Shown piece after piece: positions 1 through 9,262 of a stretch of 64,000 nucleotides of DNA (its first letter is position 1; the number at the start of each line of letters is the position of its first letter). The stretch spans positions 1,984,001 through 2,048,000 of the forward strand of contig OY820591.1 in assembly GCA_963555985.3 (NCBI GenBank), written 5' to 3'. The notes beneath the pieces were generated by a model that made no database searches, was not told the origin of the DNA, and was given only the letters and a program-made list of their open reading frames with translations. The stretch comes from Dehalococcoidia bacterium (GTDB taxonomy: Bacteria > Chloroflexota > Dehalococcoidia > Bin125). Made by a program: the position numbers and the translations under genes.

Positions 1-724
1 GCTTGCGCCGATAGCCGTCGGTCATGTGCCCCGAGACCACCAGCGTCTGCCCGGCCAGCATCGGCCCGAACAGCTGAATCTGACTGCCCGCGTGAATGCC
101 CGCGTTGTAGTTGTAGGTGTGCCTGATCAGCCGCGTGCAGCGCCCGGCAATCCAGCCAGGATGCAGCCGCGCCCCTTCCCCGCGCCAGCGCGGATGCGGG
201 TCTCGCGCGAACTCTTCCGCGTATTCCGCCGCTTCCGCCGCCGACATCGTGACTGCCATCGCCGGCAAGTCCTCACCCACGGGCAGATTCTCTCGCGTCA
301 GCAGCGTCGGCGGATCCGCCTCCGGTACCGTCACCCGATTCTGCGCGACCGCCAGATCGCCGAGGAACGGCCCTTCGCCCATCCCAGCCACGCCGGCGAT
401 GCAGACCTCTCCCGACTCCTTCGCCATCGTGAACTCGATCCCGCCCGCCGCATTCGCAGTCACGCGCGTCGTGATCTCGTCGCCCGGATAGACCGGACGC
501 CGCAGCCGGAAGTCGATCCAGCCAGTGTCGAGCCATTCCTCACCCAAACCCTCGATCAGCGCCGGCGCCGCCCACGAATAGACCGTCACCCCACCCACCA
601 ACGCGCCCTCAAAACCGAAGCGCGCCGCGCCCTCGGTCGAATGGATGATGTTCGCAATCGAGAGCGAATCTTCGCCGTCGAGAAACGCCGTGATCGTACG
701 TTCGATCGTCGTCTGCGTGGTCAT
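1..724 (-). CDS. MaoC/hotdog-fold dehydratase-like protein, truncated by the window edge; paralogue of 3046..3861
   Basis: Manual translation from ATG at 724: MTTQTTIERTITAFLDGEDSLSIANIIHSTEGAARFGFEGALVGGVTVYSW, closely matching 3046..3861. Absent from the ORF track because its stop lies outside the window. Confidence 0.75.
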   Translation of the reverse strand, partial: MTTQTTIERTITAFLDGEDSLSIANIIHSTEGAARFGFEGALVGGVTVYSWAAPALIEGLGEEWLDTGWIDFRLRRPVYPGDEITTRVTANAAGGIEFTMAKESGEVCIAGVAGMGEGPFLGDLAVAQNRVTVPEADPPTLLTRENLPVGEDLPAMAVTMSAAEAAEYAEEFARDPHPRWRGEGARLHPGWIAGRCTRLIRHTYNYNAGIHAGSQIQLFGPMLAGQTLVVSGHMTDGYRRK

Positions 725-858
725 GGCTTGCTCGCTTTCCCGGATCTCATCGCGGCCGTGATCGGCCTACGGTCTGCCGCCAGCTGAGACATACTCGCCG
801 GTCGGCCCCGTTCGGGGTGAGGCCGAACGCTGCGCCGGGTCCGCCTCCGCCCGCGATC

Positions 859-1737
859 TTAGGAGGGATCGAGCAAGCGGACGAGCGTGACGTCGAGCGC
901 ATCGGCGACTCTGACGACGGCTCCGATGGTAACGTTTTGCTTCCCCTGTTCGACCGCGCTGAGGTAGGTGCGATCAATCCCCGCTCTGGAGGCGAGTTCC
1001 AACTGGCTCCAGCCGCGAGCCTTGCGCAGCGCCTGAATACGCCGGCCGAGGCTCTTCAGATGCAGCTCGAGCGTCACCGGTTGCTCTTTGAGACCGACGA
1101 TCTCCCGCGCCCGCTGCAGCGCCTGCAACGGATCCGAAGACACGAGGTCGACCGCCGGCAGGGTGTCATCCAGCCCGGGCTGGAGCCCTCTCCCGCCCAC
1201 GAATACCGCCGGGGGATGTTCGAGCGCTTTCAGCATCGCCGCCGCCCGACTCGCCGCCGGCAGGCGATCACGATCGGAGAGGGACAGAATGACCAGGTCG
1301 GGATTCCGCTCGCGCACCAGTTGGGCCAGATCCTCAGGCGGATTGTTCTCGCCCAGATGAGCAATGTCCCATCCTTCCATGAAGAACAAGTCGGCGATCA
1401 TGCGTGATCCGAGGGCGTGAAACTCGCCCTCGACCGCGGCGATGACCACAGTGACGCCGAGATCTGCTTTGCGTGGACTGACATCACGGACGTACGCGAT
1501 CTGCTGCATGGTGATGCTGGTCGCCAGATGCTCGGCGGCGATATTGAGCTCGCCGCGGATCCAGGCTTCACCGACCTCGGCCAAGGCCGGCCCCAACACA
1601 TCCAGGTAGATCGCCGCCGGCTCAAGCTCGCGCTCGAGCGCGTCCCGAACCACCCGCGATGCCTCCTGGGTGTCGCCGCTGAGCAAGGCCGCGGTGTACC
1701 GGCCGCGCAAGAGTTTCGCTGTCGCCTGATCTGCCAT
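859..1737 (-). CDS. Cobalamin (B12)-binding regulator: CarH-like sensor domain plus C-terminal XRE HTH
   Basis: W-x9-EH (WIRGELNIAAEH), ExHxxG (EFHALG), SxS and VGG cobalamin-fold motifs; C-terminal GWSQLELASRAGIDRTYLSAVEQG is an XRE HTH. Confidence 0.85.
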   Translation of the reverse strand: MADQATAKLLRGRYTAALLSGDTQEASRVVRDALERELEPAAIYLDVLGPALAEVGEAWIRGELNIAAEHLATSITMQQIAYVRDVSPRKADLGVTVVIAAVEGEFHALGSRMIADLFFMEGWDIAHLGENNPPEDLAQLVRERNPDLVILSLSDRDRLPAASRAAAMLKALEHPPAVFVGGRGLQPGLDDTLPAVDLVSSDPLQALQRAREIVGLKEQPVTLELHLKSLGRRIQALRKARGWSQLELASRAGIDRTYLSAVEQGKQNVTIGAVVRVADALDVTLVRLLDPS

Positions 1738-1780
1738 ATCTGCCGGCCTCGTCTGGAATTCTTCTTCTTGCTGAATATAC

Positions 1781-1809
1781 TTGACATGATGATGGATAAA
1801 ATCTACTTT
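1781..1809 (+). promoter_or_regulatory. Sigma70-type promoter of the fasciclin gene
   Basis: TTGACA (1781-1786), 17-nt spacer, TACTTT (1804-1809) in the AT-rich divergent intergenic region. Confidence 0.6.
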
Positions 1810-1848
1810 TAGTCGAGGATATGCCGCATCAGGATGGGAGAAGCCAAC

Positions 1849-2922
1849 ATGTTCGCGACATTCTCAGCAGGCCTTCGGGTGGATTGGTTCAGGTGGCGAC
1901 ATCTGTTTCTGGCGATTGGAGTGCTCGCCGCAGCGGCCCTCGTGGTCGTCTCGGCCTGCGCCGATGATCCTGAACCCCAGCCTCAAGACCAGCCGCAAAC
2001 CTCAACGCCGCCTGTGCAGGAGCAGCAGACGGGGACGCAATCAATGAGTTCGGCGGAGCAACCCGAGCAGCCCGAGCCGCAGTTGGGGACGATCGTCGAG
2101 ATCGCTTCGGACGACGACCGTTTCCAGACGCTGGTCACGGCCGTGGTCGCGGCCGGTCTGGCGGAGACGCTGCAAGGCGAGGGTCCGTTCACCGTCTTCG
2201 CGCCGACCGACGAAGCGTTCGCAGCCCTGCCCGAGGGCGCGCTGGAGGCGCTCTTGGAGGATATTCCCGCACTAACCGACATCCTGCTCTACCACGTCGT
2301 CGCCGGGGCGGTAACGGCCTCGGATGTGGTGGAACTGGAGTCGGCGCTCACGGTGCAGGGCGAAGCCCTGACGATCACGCTGGAGGGGGGCGTCGTGCGG
2401 ATCAACGAGGCGCGCGTGGCGATCGCCGATATCGAGGCCTCGAACGGCGTCATCCACGTGATCGACCAAGTGCTGATCCCGCCCGAGCAACCCGAGCAGC
2501 CCGAGCCGCAGTTGGGGACGATCGTTGAGATCGCTTCGGACGACGACCGTTTCCAGACGCTGGTCACGGCCGTGGTCGCGGCCGGTCTGGCGGAGACGCT
2601 GCAAGGCGAGGGTCCGTTCACCGTCTTCGCGCCGACCGACGAAGCGTTCGCAGCCCTGCCCGAGGGCGCGCTGGAGGCGCTCTTGGAGGATATTCCCGCA
2701 CTAACCGACATCCTGCTCTACCACGTCGTCGCCGGGGCGGTAACGGCCTCGGATGTGGTGGAACTGGAGTCGGCGCTCACGGTGCAGGGCGAAGCCCTGA
2801 CGATCACGCTGGAGGGGGGCGTCGTGCGGATCAACGAGGCGCGCGTGGTGATCGCCGATATCGAGGCCTCGAACGGCGTCATCCACGTGATCGACCAAGT
2901 GCTGATCCCGCCCGAGCAATAG
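1849..2922 (+). CDS. Fasciclin (two FAS1 domains) lipoprotein
   Basis: Lipobox-like VVSAC; [11 protein letters not shown] and [11 protein letters not shown] motifs each occur twice; GGGAG upstream of ATG 1849. Confidence 0.9.
   Translation: MFATFSAGLRVDWFRWRHLFLAIGVLAAAALVVVSACADDPEPQPQDQPQTSTPPVQEQQTGTQSMSSAEQPEQPEPQLGTIVEIASDDDRFQTLVTAVVAAGLAETLQGEGPFTVFAPTDEAFAALPEGALEALLEDIPALTDILLYHVVAGAVTASDVVELESALTVQGEALTITLEGGVVRINEARVAIADIEASNGVIHVIDQVLIPPEQPEQPEPQLGTIVEIASDDDRFQTLVTAVVAAGLAETLQGEGPFTVFAPTDEAFAALPEGALEALLEDIPALTDILLYHVVAGAVTASDVVELESALTVQGEALTITLEGGVVRINEARVVIADIEASNGVIHVIDQVLIPPEQ
2056..2919 (+). repeat. 429-bp near-perfect tandem duplication (FAS1 domain)
   Basis: Units start at 2056 and 2485; only two differences seen (gtc/gtt synonymous, gcg/gtg Ala/Val). 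Confidence 0.9.
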
Positions 2923-2980
2923 CGTTGCCTCACAAAGGCGGCAACCGCTTCGATTGCCTCCGGTCTGAAGCACCACCGGG

Positions 2981-3007
2981 ACGGCCGCGCTGAACGCGCG
3001 GCCGTTT
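2981..3007. terminator. Hairpin between convergent genes, possible terminator
   Basis: ACGGCCGCGC-TGAAC-GCGCGGCCGT, a perfect 10-bp stem. Confidence 0.5.
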
Positions 3008-3045
3008 CCGTGAGTCCTGCTGTGTAGGGAACGTTGAACAGCCGG

Positions 3046-3861
3046 CTACTTCAGCGCAGCCTGATAGATCGTCGGCTGACGCAAACGCACCAGCTCGCGT
3101 CCGTTCTCCGAGGACAGTGTTACGTCGAGCACGGCGTACTCGTGTCCCTTACGCTCGTAGCCCGATTCGATCCGTCCGCTGACCAGGAGTCGTTGGTCGG
3201 GATGCACCGGCGCCAGGTGCTGAATCTGGCTGGAAGCGTGGATTGCGGTATAGCGCCAGCTGTGCGCGAGCAATGCGTTAGCTCGTTGGGCGATCCAGCC
3301 CGGGTGGACGCGGCGGTTGGCTCCGTACCAGAGCGGATCTGAGTCGCGCGCCAACTGTTCGGCGTAGCGCTCGGCTTCAGCGGCGCTCAGGTCGTTCTCC
3401 ATGGCGGGCAGGTCTTCGCCAAGCGGCGCGACGGCTCGCGTGATGAAAGGCCGCTCTGCTGGTTCGGGTCGGAGTGTGCGATCGTTCGCTGTCGTGATCT
3501 CGGTGTAGAAGTCGGCGATGCCGAGTCCGGCGGTTCCTCGGACGGCGATGTCGCCGTTGTTCTTGGTCATGGTGAACCCGAAGCCGCCGCCATTGGCTGT
3601 GACGCGCGTCGTGACCACCTCAGCTGGATAGACCGGCTTGCGAAGTTGGAACTCGACCCAGCCCTCGTCGAGCCAAGCGTCGCCGATGGCCTCGACCAAC
3701 GCCGCCACCGACCAGGCGTATACGGTCGTACCTCCGACGAGCGGGCCGGTGTAGCCATAGCGCGCCGCGCCCTCGGTCGAATGGATGATGTTGCCGATCT
3801 CCAGCGAGTCCTCTCCGTCGAGGAAGGCCGTGATCGAGCGCTCAACGATTGCGGTAGTCAT
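3046..3861 (-). CDS. Double hotdog/MaoC-like acyl-CoA dehydratase or thioesterase
   Basis: N-x-IH...A..YG...LVGG motif and FQLRKPVYP; directly downstream of a CoA-transferase. Confidence 0.65.
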   Translation of the reverse strand: MTTAIVERSITAFLDGEDSLEIGNIIHSTEGAARYGYTGPLVGGTTVYAWSVAALVEAIGDAWLDEGWVEFQLRKPVYPAEVVTTRVTANGGGFGFTMTKNNGDIAVRGTAGLGIADFYTEITTANDRTLRPEPAERPFITRAVAPLGEDLPAMENDLSAAEAERYAEQLARDSDPLWYGANRRVHPGWIAQRANALLAHSWRYTAIHASSQIQHLAPVHPDQRLLVSGRIESGYERKGHEYAVLDVTLSSENGRELVRLRQPTIYQAALK

Positions 3862-5045
3862 CAGATCACTCCGTCCGCTGCGAACTCGTCCAGTTCTGCA
3901 TCGCTCAGGCCAAGCATTCCCCCGTAAACCTCACGGTTGTGCTCGCCCAAAGTCGGTGCGCGGTGCTTGACCCGCCCCGGCGTCGCCGACAGCCGCGGCG
4001 CGATCCCGGGCTGCGGCAGCGTCCCGTGCTGCTCCGACGGCACCTCCACGACCTGCTCTCGCGCGGCGAAGTGTTCGTCGGTCATCACGTCGGAGGTGGC
4101 GTAGACCTTGGTCGCGGGGACTCCGTACTGGTCGAGAGTTGCCTGGGCTTCGGCGAGCGTGAGCGTCGAGACCCATTCGGCGATGATGTCGTGGAGCGGC
4201 TGGTAGTTGGCGTTGCGTTTGCGTCGGCGCTCGAAGCGTGGGTCGGTGATCAGGTCAAGGCGTCCGATTGCTTCGCAGAGGCGCTCGAAGGTGCCTTGGG
4301 TGGCTCCGCTGATGATCAGCCAGTGGCCGTCGCTGGTGCCGAACTGCTCGGCGGGGATGACGCCGGGGAAGTAGTTGCCGGTGCGCTCGCGGTTCTTGCC
4401 TTCCCGAGCAAAGTTGGCGGCGTGGGCGCCGCTCTGCTTCCAGAGCGCTTCGTAGAGGGCGACGTCGACGTCCTGGCCGAGTCGGCCGTTGACGTCGCGG
4501 GCGCGCAGCGCGGCGAGGGTGCCGAAGGCGGCCATGATGCCGGCGCTGTAGTCGCCGATCATGTAGCCGGGGCGGACGGGCGGGTCGCCGGCGAATCCGG
4601 TGGTGTAGGTGAGGCCGGAGAAGCCGAGGGCTACGCGGTCGAAGCCGGCGCGTTCGCGGTAGGGTCCGGTCTGGCCGTAGCCGGAGACGCGGGTGACGAT
4701 CAGCGCGGGGTTGCGCTCGCGGAGTGAGTCGGGGGCGAGGTCGAGCTTTTCGAGGGTGCCGGGCCGAAAATTCTCCACCAGCACGTCGGCGCGGGCACAG
4801 AGTCGGCGGAAGAGGTCTTTGCCGCGCGGGTCGGCGAGGTTGCAGGTGACGCCGCGCTGGGAGCGGTTTTCCTGGACGTAGGAGACGGAGCCGTGGTTGG
4901 GTTCGCCGGTGCCTGGGCGTTCGAGTTTGATCACGTCGGCACCGAATTCGGCGAGCATGGTGGCGCAGAAGGGTGCGGCGAGGATCTGTCCGGCGTTGAT
5001 GACGAGGATGCCGTCAAGGGGTGGGCGAAGGTGGTCGGCGGTCAT
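3861..5045 (-). CDS. CaiB/BaiF (family III) CoA-transferase
   Basis: GADVIKLERPG, ADVLVENFRPG, SGYGQTGPY, catalytic Asp in IGDYSAG. Confidence 0.92.
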   Translation of the reverse strand: MTADHLRPPLDGILVINAGQILAAPFCATMLAEFGADVIKLERPGTGEPNHGSVSYVQENRSQRGVTCNLADPRGKDLFRRLCARADVLVENFRPGTLEKLDLAPDSLRERNPALIVTRVSGYGQTGPYRERAGFDRVALGFSGLTYTTGFAGDPPVRPGYMIGDYSAGIMAAFGTLAALRARDVNGRLGQDVDVALYEALWKQSGAHAANFAREGKNRERTGNYFPGVIPAEQFGTSDGHWLIISGATQGTFERLCEAIGRLDLITDPRFERRRKRNANYQPLHDIIAEWVSTLTLAEAQATLDQYGVPATKVYATSDVMTDEHFAAREQVVEVPSEQHGTLPQPGIAPRLSATPGRVKHRAPTLGEHNREVYGGMLGLSDAELDEFAADGVI

Positions 5046-5066
5046 GCGGAAATGGTACGCGACGCC

Positions 5067-5507
5067 TCACTTGGCATCAGGGAGTTCCGTGGTGGTCGTG
5101 ATCAGTGGGCTGCGAGCCAGACGGCGGTCGTGCGTCACGAGGGGCACATCAAGCAACAAGGCGGCCGCCGCGATCCAACCGTCCGCTGGGCCGACCAACG
5201 GCTCTTCGCCGCGCCGATTGCGCCGGATCGCAGCCGTTCGCACCCGTCGATAACATTCGCTGAGTTCAGGCGAGTGTTCGACCATGTAAATCTCACTGAG
5301 AACATCTTCAAGCTCCGCCGTGTCCCAAGCTTGGATCGCGCGCTGCACGGCGAGCTCGGCCACGGTCTGAAACGAGATCGCCAGCGAACGCTGATCGATG
5401 TGCCGTTGATAAGGCGCGTATTCGCTCGCTCGGTCTGGATCTCCAGCAAGCTGTGAGACGATGATGTTTGTGTCGACCACGAGATCGATCTCAATGGCGG
5501 TGTTCAT
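5067..5507 (-). CDS. PIN-domain (VapC-like) toxin
   Basis: VVDTNI, TVAEL, ADGWIAAAA and LVTHD acidic PIN motifs. Confidence 0.85.
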   Translation of the reverse strand: MNTAIEIDLVVDTNIIVSQLAGDPDRASEYAPYQRHIDQRSLAISFQTVAELAVQRAIQAWDTAELEDVLSEIYMVEHSPELSECYRRVRTAAIRRNRRGEEPLVGPADGWIAAAALLLDVPLVTHDRRLARSPLITTTTELPDAK

Positions 5508-6001
5508 TCGCTCTCCTGATCGGGGTCAAAGTCGCGCGATGTGCGCAGATATTCATCGAAATCGACATTGGGCAGCCGCTCATCGATCGTGCGCCAGCGG
5601 AACGGCTTGATGATCGGATCCGGCGGCTGATCCTCAGGCTGGACTTTTAGCCTCGATAGATCGAGCAACTGCACGGTTCCATGGGCATCGAGATGGGCTA
5701 AGCCGTCGGCGGAGATGAGTTTGCCGGCTGCGGCGAGCAGAGCCTCGGCATGTTCGGCCCGGAAGCGGAGCACGGCGAAATCATCAGGATTCTCCGGCGA
5801 TTGCAGCCACGCTGTACGGGCCAGGAGATCGATCTCGATCAAGCGCCCGTAGATCTCGCCGCCTTTGTGTTTCTTGCCCATCGGCGGCTCGACGCGGCGG
5901 CTGAGCTCGACGCATTCCGCGCCCTCCGGCAAAACGCGGCGAATGCGGGGAAGATCGGCGCGGGAGAGTCCGCTGATGCGCAAGGTGACGCCGTCGGCCA
6001 T
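5504..6001 (-). CDS. Putative antitoxin/partner of the PIN toxin
   Basis: GAGGAG RBS before ATG 6001; 4-bp overlap with the PIN start; acidic C-terminal DFDEYLRTSRD. Confidence 0.55.
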   Translation of the reverse strand: MADGVTLRISGLSRADLPRIRRVLPEGAECVELSRRVEPPMGKKHKGGEIYGRLIEIDLLARTAWLQSPENPDDFAVLRFRAEHAEALLAAAGKLISADGLAHLDAHGTVQLLDLSRLKVQPEDQPPDPIIKPFRWRTIDERLPNVDFDEYLRTSRDFDPDQESE

Positions 6002-6042
6002 GGGAGACTCCTCGCGCCCAGCATAGGCAATTCGGCCTTGCG

Positions 6043-6252
6043 CTACTCGAAGAGGTCGCGGGGGAGGCCGGACTGTTCGATGATGCGATTCAGTGTGCTG
6101 GGCCTGAGTTCGCGGTGTCCAGGCACACTCACATTCTGTACCTGTCCATTGACGATGCCGCGAAACCGCATGTGGCTTCCGCGTTGCCGCAGGAAGACGA
6201 AACCGTGTCGTTCCAGGATTCGGACGACTTGACGCCACGACAGGACACGCAT
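6043..6252 (-). CDS. hicA: HicA toxin
   Basis: 69 aa; LERHGF..RQRGSH..VSVPGH..L..IIEQSGL. Confidence 0.9.
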   Translation of the reverse strand: MRVLSWRQVVRILERHGFVFLRQRGSHMRFRGIVNGQVQNVSVPGHRELRPSTLNRIIEQSGLPRDLFE

Positions 6253-6254
6253 GG

Positions 6255-6554
6255 TTAGCGAGCGATGACGAAGGGCAAATCTGCGTTGACGGTGATTGAG
6301 CCGATGTCGACCAATTCGCCGTCCTCGAAGACTTCCTCTTCAGAGATGTCGCTATTGGCGAAGTAGGCTCCGCTCAGGCGACCCTCGTACTCCTCTTGGC
6401 TCATATCTTCCAGAGTGAGTTCGACAGCCTCGATCAGCATCTCCCGCGCTTCATCAATCGTCTTGCCCTGGCTGGCGATTCTCAATTCGGGGCAATCAGA
6501 GACGAACCAGTCACCGTCTTGATAGATGTGAGCAGTGAGGGTCAGGCGTTGCAT
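6255..6554 (-). CDS. hicB: HicB antitoxin, short form
   Basis: CPEL..ASQGKTIDEAREMLIEAVEL. Confidence 0.88.
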   Translation of the reverse strand: MQRLTLTAHIYQDGDWFVSDCPELRIASQGKTIDEAREMLIEAVELTLEDMSQEEYEGRLSGAYFANSDISEEEVFEDGELVDIGSITVNADLPFVIAR

Positions 6555-6676
6555 GGCGGCCTCCGATGGAGTGAGGGTATCAGGAGGGGGATTCTGATAT
6601 CAGGGGCAGGGTTCTCGGCGAGCGCTCTACGATCCAGGTAGCGATCGACTTGCGCTTTGATGGGGAGATTCAGATC

Positions 6677-8350
6677 ATGACCTACGAATTCGACCTTGGC
6701 ACATACAGCCGGACGATTACGACCTCTTCCTCTGAGGCGCAGCTCTGGTTTGACCGGGGGTTGATCTGGACCTACGGCTTCAACCATGACGAGGCGGTCT
6801 TCTGCTTTCAGCAGGCGGTCGAGGCCGATCCGGATTGCGCGATGGCTCATTGGGGGATCGCTTATGCGATTGGGCCGAACTACAACAAGCCGTGGGAGGC
6901 GTTCGGCAAGAAAGAGGTCGCGCGATCTCTGGCGACGGCGTTTGCGTCGGCGAAGCGGGCCTTGGCACTGGCGGACAACTGCACTGAGGCGGAGCGCGAG
7001 CTGATTGGGGCTTTGCAGCGTCGCTATCCGCAGGCGGAGCCGCTGGACGACATGATGGGTTGGGTTGACGACTACGCGGATGCCATGCGCGCGGTCTATC
7101 GGGAGCACTCGGACGACGCGGATATCGCGTCGCTGTTTGCCGAGGCGATGATGAACCGGACTCCGTGGTCGCTGTGGAATCTCGACTCAGGCGAGCCGGC
7201 TGAGGGGGCTGACACCGTTGAGGCGCGCGGGGTGCTTGAGGGCGCGATGGCGCACATTGCTCATTGCGGGGAGGCTCCGCATCCGGGTGTTCTGCATATG
7301 TACATCCACCTGATGGAGATGTCGCCGTTTCCGGAGCAGGCGCTGCTGGCGGCGGATCAGTTGCGGGGGATTGCGCCTCACTCCGGGCACTTGCAGCACA
7401 TGGCGACTCATATCGATGTGCTCTGCGGGGACTATCTGAACGTGATCAACTGGAATGAGCGGGCGATCCAGGCCGACCGTCCCTACCTGGAGGCTCGCGG
7501 GCCGTTCAACTTCTACACGATGTACCGCAGCCACAACTATCACTTCAAGATCTACGGGGCGATGTTCCTCGGTCAGTACGGGCCGGCGATTGAGACGGCG
7601 CGGGAGCTGCGGGCGGTGATCCCGGAGGAGTTGCTGCGGATGGAGTCGCCGAACATGGCGGACTGGCTTGAGGCGTTTGCGGCGATCGAGCAGCATGTGT
7701 TAGTGCGCTTCGGCAAGTGGGAGGAGATCCTCGAACAGGAGCTGCCAGAGGATCGCGAGTTGTATTGCGTGACTACGGCGACGATGCGCTATGCACGGGC
7801 GATCGCGCTGGCGACGCTGGGCCGGACCGATGAGGCGGCGGCTGAGGCGGAGGCGTTTGAGCGGGCGTACGCGCTGGTGCCCGAGACGCGCTATCAGTTC
7901 AACAATCCCTGCCGCGACATCCTGGCGATCGCGCAGGAGATGATGCGGGGGGAGATCGCGTACCGGCAGGGTGAGTTCGAGGCGGCCTTCGCGCATCTGC
8001 ACCACGCAGTGGAGCTGGACGACGAGCTGCACTACGACGAGCCGTGGGGCTGGATGCAGCCGGTGCGCCATGCGCTGGGGGCGCTGCTGCTGGAGCAGGA
8101 GCGGGTGGCGGAGGCGCTGGACGTGTACCGGGCCGACCTTGGCTATGACGCGGCGGTCAGCCGGCCGCGGCAGCACCTGGACAACGTCTGGAGCCTGAGC
8201 GGGTACGTGGAGTGTCTGGAGCGGACTGGTCAGGATGAGTTGGCGCAAGTTGCCAGGCAACGGCTCCACCTCGCCCAGGCGAGAGCCGACGTTCAGGTCC
8301 AGGCCTCCTGCTTCTGCCGCCTCGACATCGGGGAAGCATGCTGCGACTAG
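6677..8350 (+). CDS. Tetratricopeptide-repeat protein with a conserved His-rich motif
   Basis: AQLWFDRGL..YGFNHDEA, HPGVLHMYIH, GHLQHMATH, YDEPWGW, C-terminal SCFC. Confidence 0.8.
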   Translation: MTYEFDLGTYSRTITTSSSEAQLWFDRGLIWTYGFNHDEAVFCFQQAVEADPDCAMAHWGIAYAIGPNYNKPWEAFGKKEVARSLATAFASAKRALALADNCTEAERELIGALQRRYPQAEPLDDMMGWVDDYADAMRAVYREHSDDADIASLFAEAMMNRTPWSLWNLDSGEPAEGADTVEARGVLEGAMAHIAHCGEAPHPGVLHMYIHLMEMSPFPEQALLAADQLRGIAPHSGHLQHMATHIDVLCGDYLNVINWNERAIQADRPYLEARGPFNFYTMYRSHNYHFKIYGAMFLGQYGPAIETARELRAVIPEELLRMESPNMADWLEAFAAIEQHVLVRFGKWEEILEQELPEDRELYCVTTATMRYARAIALATLGRTDEAAAEAEAFERAYALVPETRYQFNNPCRDILAIAQEMMRGEIAYRQGEFEAAFAHLHHAVELDDELHYDEPWGWMQPVRHALGALLLEQERVAEALDVYRADLGYDAAVSRPRQHLDNVWSLSGYVECLERTGQDELAQVARQRLHLAQARADVQVQASCFCRLDIGEACCD

Positions 8351-8374
8351 TCAGGCCGGAGGAAACGACCGGCG

Positions 8375-8584
8375 CTACTCGAATAGGTCGCGGGGGAGGC
8401 CGGATTGCTTGATGATTGTCTCGATCGTCTTCGGAGGGATGTTTCGGTGCTGGGGCACGGTGACGTATCGCGTTCTACCGTCAACGACTCCGCGAAATCT
8501 GCGGTGGCTGCCGCGTTGTCTGATCCGAACGAAGCCGTGGCGTTCGAGAATCCGGTTGATCTCCCGCGCCGTCAGGACTCGCAT
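8375..8584 (-). CDS. hicA: HicA toxin
   Basis: 69 aa; RQRGSH; paralogue of 6043..6252 (both end QSGLPRDLFE). Confidence 0.9.
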   Translation of the reverse strand: MRVLTAREINRILERHGFVRIRQRGSHRRFRGVVDGRTRYVTVPQHRNIPPKTIETIIKQSGLPRDLFE

Positions 8585-8586
8585 CG

Positions 8587-8886
8587 TCAGTGGGCCGCCG
8601 CGAACGGGAGGTCCGCATCCACCTCGATCTCGCTGGATTCGACCAAGACCGACTGGGCGAACGCTTCGTCGTCCTCCGGGATATCGCTCTGCGCCGACAT
8701 CTCACCGCTGACTCGGAATTGGTACTCCTCGGGCGTGATGTCCTCCAGGGTCAGCTCCACGGCCTCGATCAGCATCTCGCGCGCCTCATCGATCGTGTCC
8801 CCGCAACTGGCGACCACCAACTCCGGGCAGACGGAGGCGTAGCCGTCCGCTTCCCGATAGATTTCCGCGGTGTAGCGAAGCGTCAT
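8587..8886 (-). CDS. hicB: HicB antitoxin, short form
   Basis: CPELVVASCGDTIDEAREMLIEAVEL. Confidence 0.88.
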   Translation of the reverse strand: MTLRYTAEIYREADGYASVCPELVVASCGDTIDEAREMLIEAVELTLEDITPEEYQFRVSGEMSAQSDIPEDDEAFAQSVLVESSEIEVDADLPFAAAH

Positions 8887-8936
8887 GGCTGCCTCCCAAG
8901 CGTCAGGCTATCAGGATGGAGATCGCCGCCCAGACG

Positions 8937-9236
8937 TCAGCGGGCGAGGACGAAGGGTAGGTCGGCGTTGACCGTAATCGAGCACTGCTCGACGAATTCG
9001 CAGCCTTCGAGGATTTCCTCTTCGGTGAAGGCGCTATTGGCGAAGTAGGCGCCGCTCAGACGGTCCTCGTATTGCTTCTGGTCCATGTCTTCCAGAGTCA
9101 GCTCCACAGCCTCGATCAGCATCTCCTGCGCGTGCTCAATCGTCTCGCCCTGGCTGCCGATTCCCAATTCTGAGCAGCGCGAGATGTACCAGCCGTCCTG
9201 CAAGTAGATATCCGCGGTGAGCGTCAGACGTTGCAT
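8937..9236 (-). CDS. hicB: HicB antitoxin, extra copy
   Basis: MQRLTLTA...SQGETIEHAQEMLIEAVEL; close paralogue of 6255..6554. Confidence 0.85.
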   Translation of the reverse strand: MQRLTLTADIYLQDGWYISRCSELGIGSQGETIEHAQEMLIEAVELTLEDMDQKQYEDRLSGAYFANSAFTEEEILEGCEFVEQCSITVNADLPFVLAR

Positions 9237-9262
9237 GGCAATCTCCCTGGGGGCCCAGCCTA

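Noticed and set aside
725-858. Riboswitch upstream of the hotdog-fold gene
   Set aside because: GC-rich hairpins are present, but I recognise no cobalamin or other riboswitch consensus; an Rfam scan would be needed
1770-1810. CarH-type 11-bp direct-repeat operator
   Set aside because: TnnACA-like units are not at 11-bp spacing, and the regulator has an XRE rather than a MerR domain
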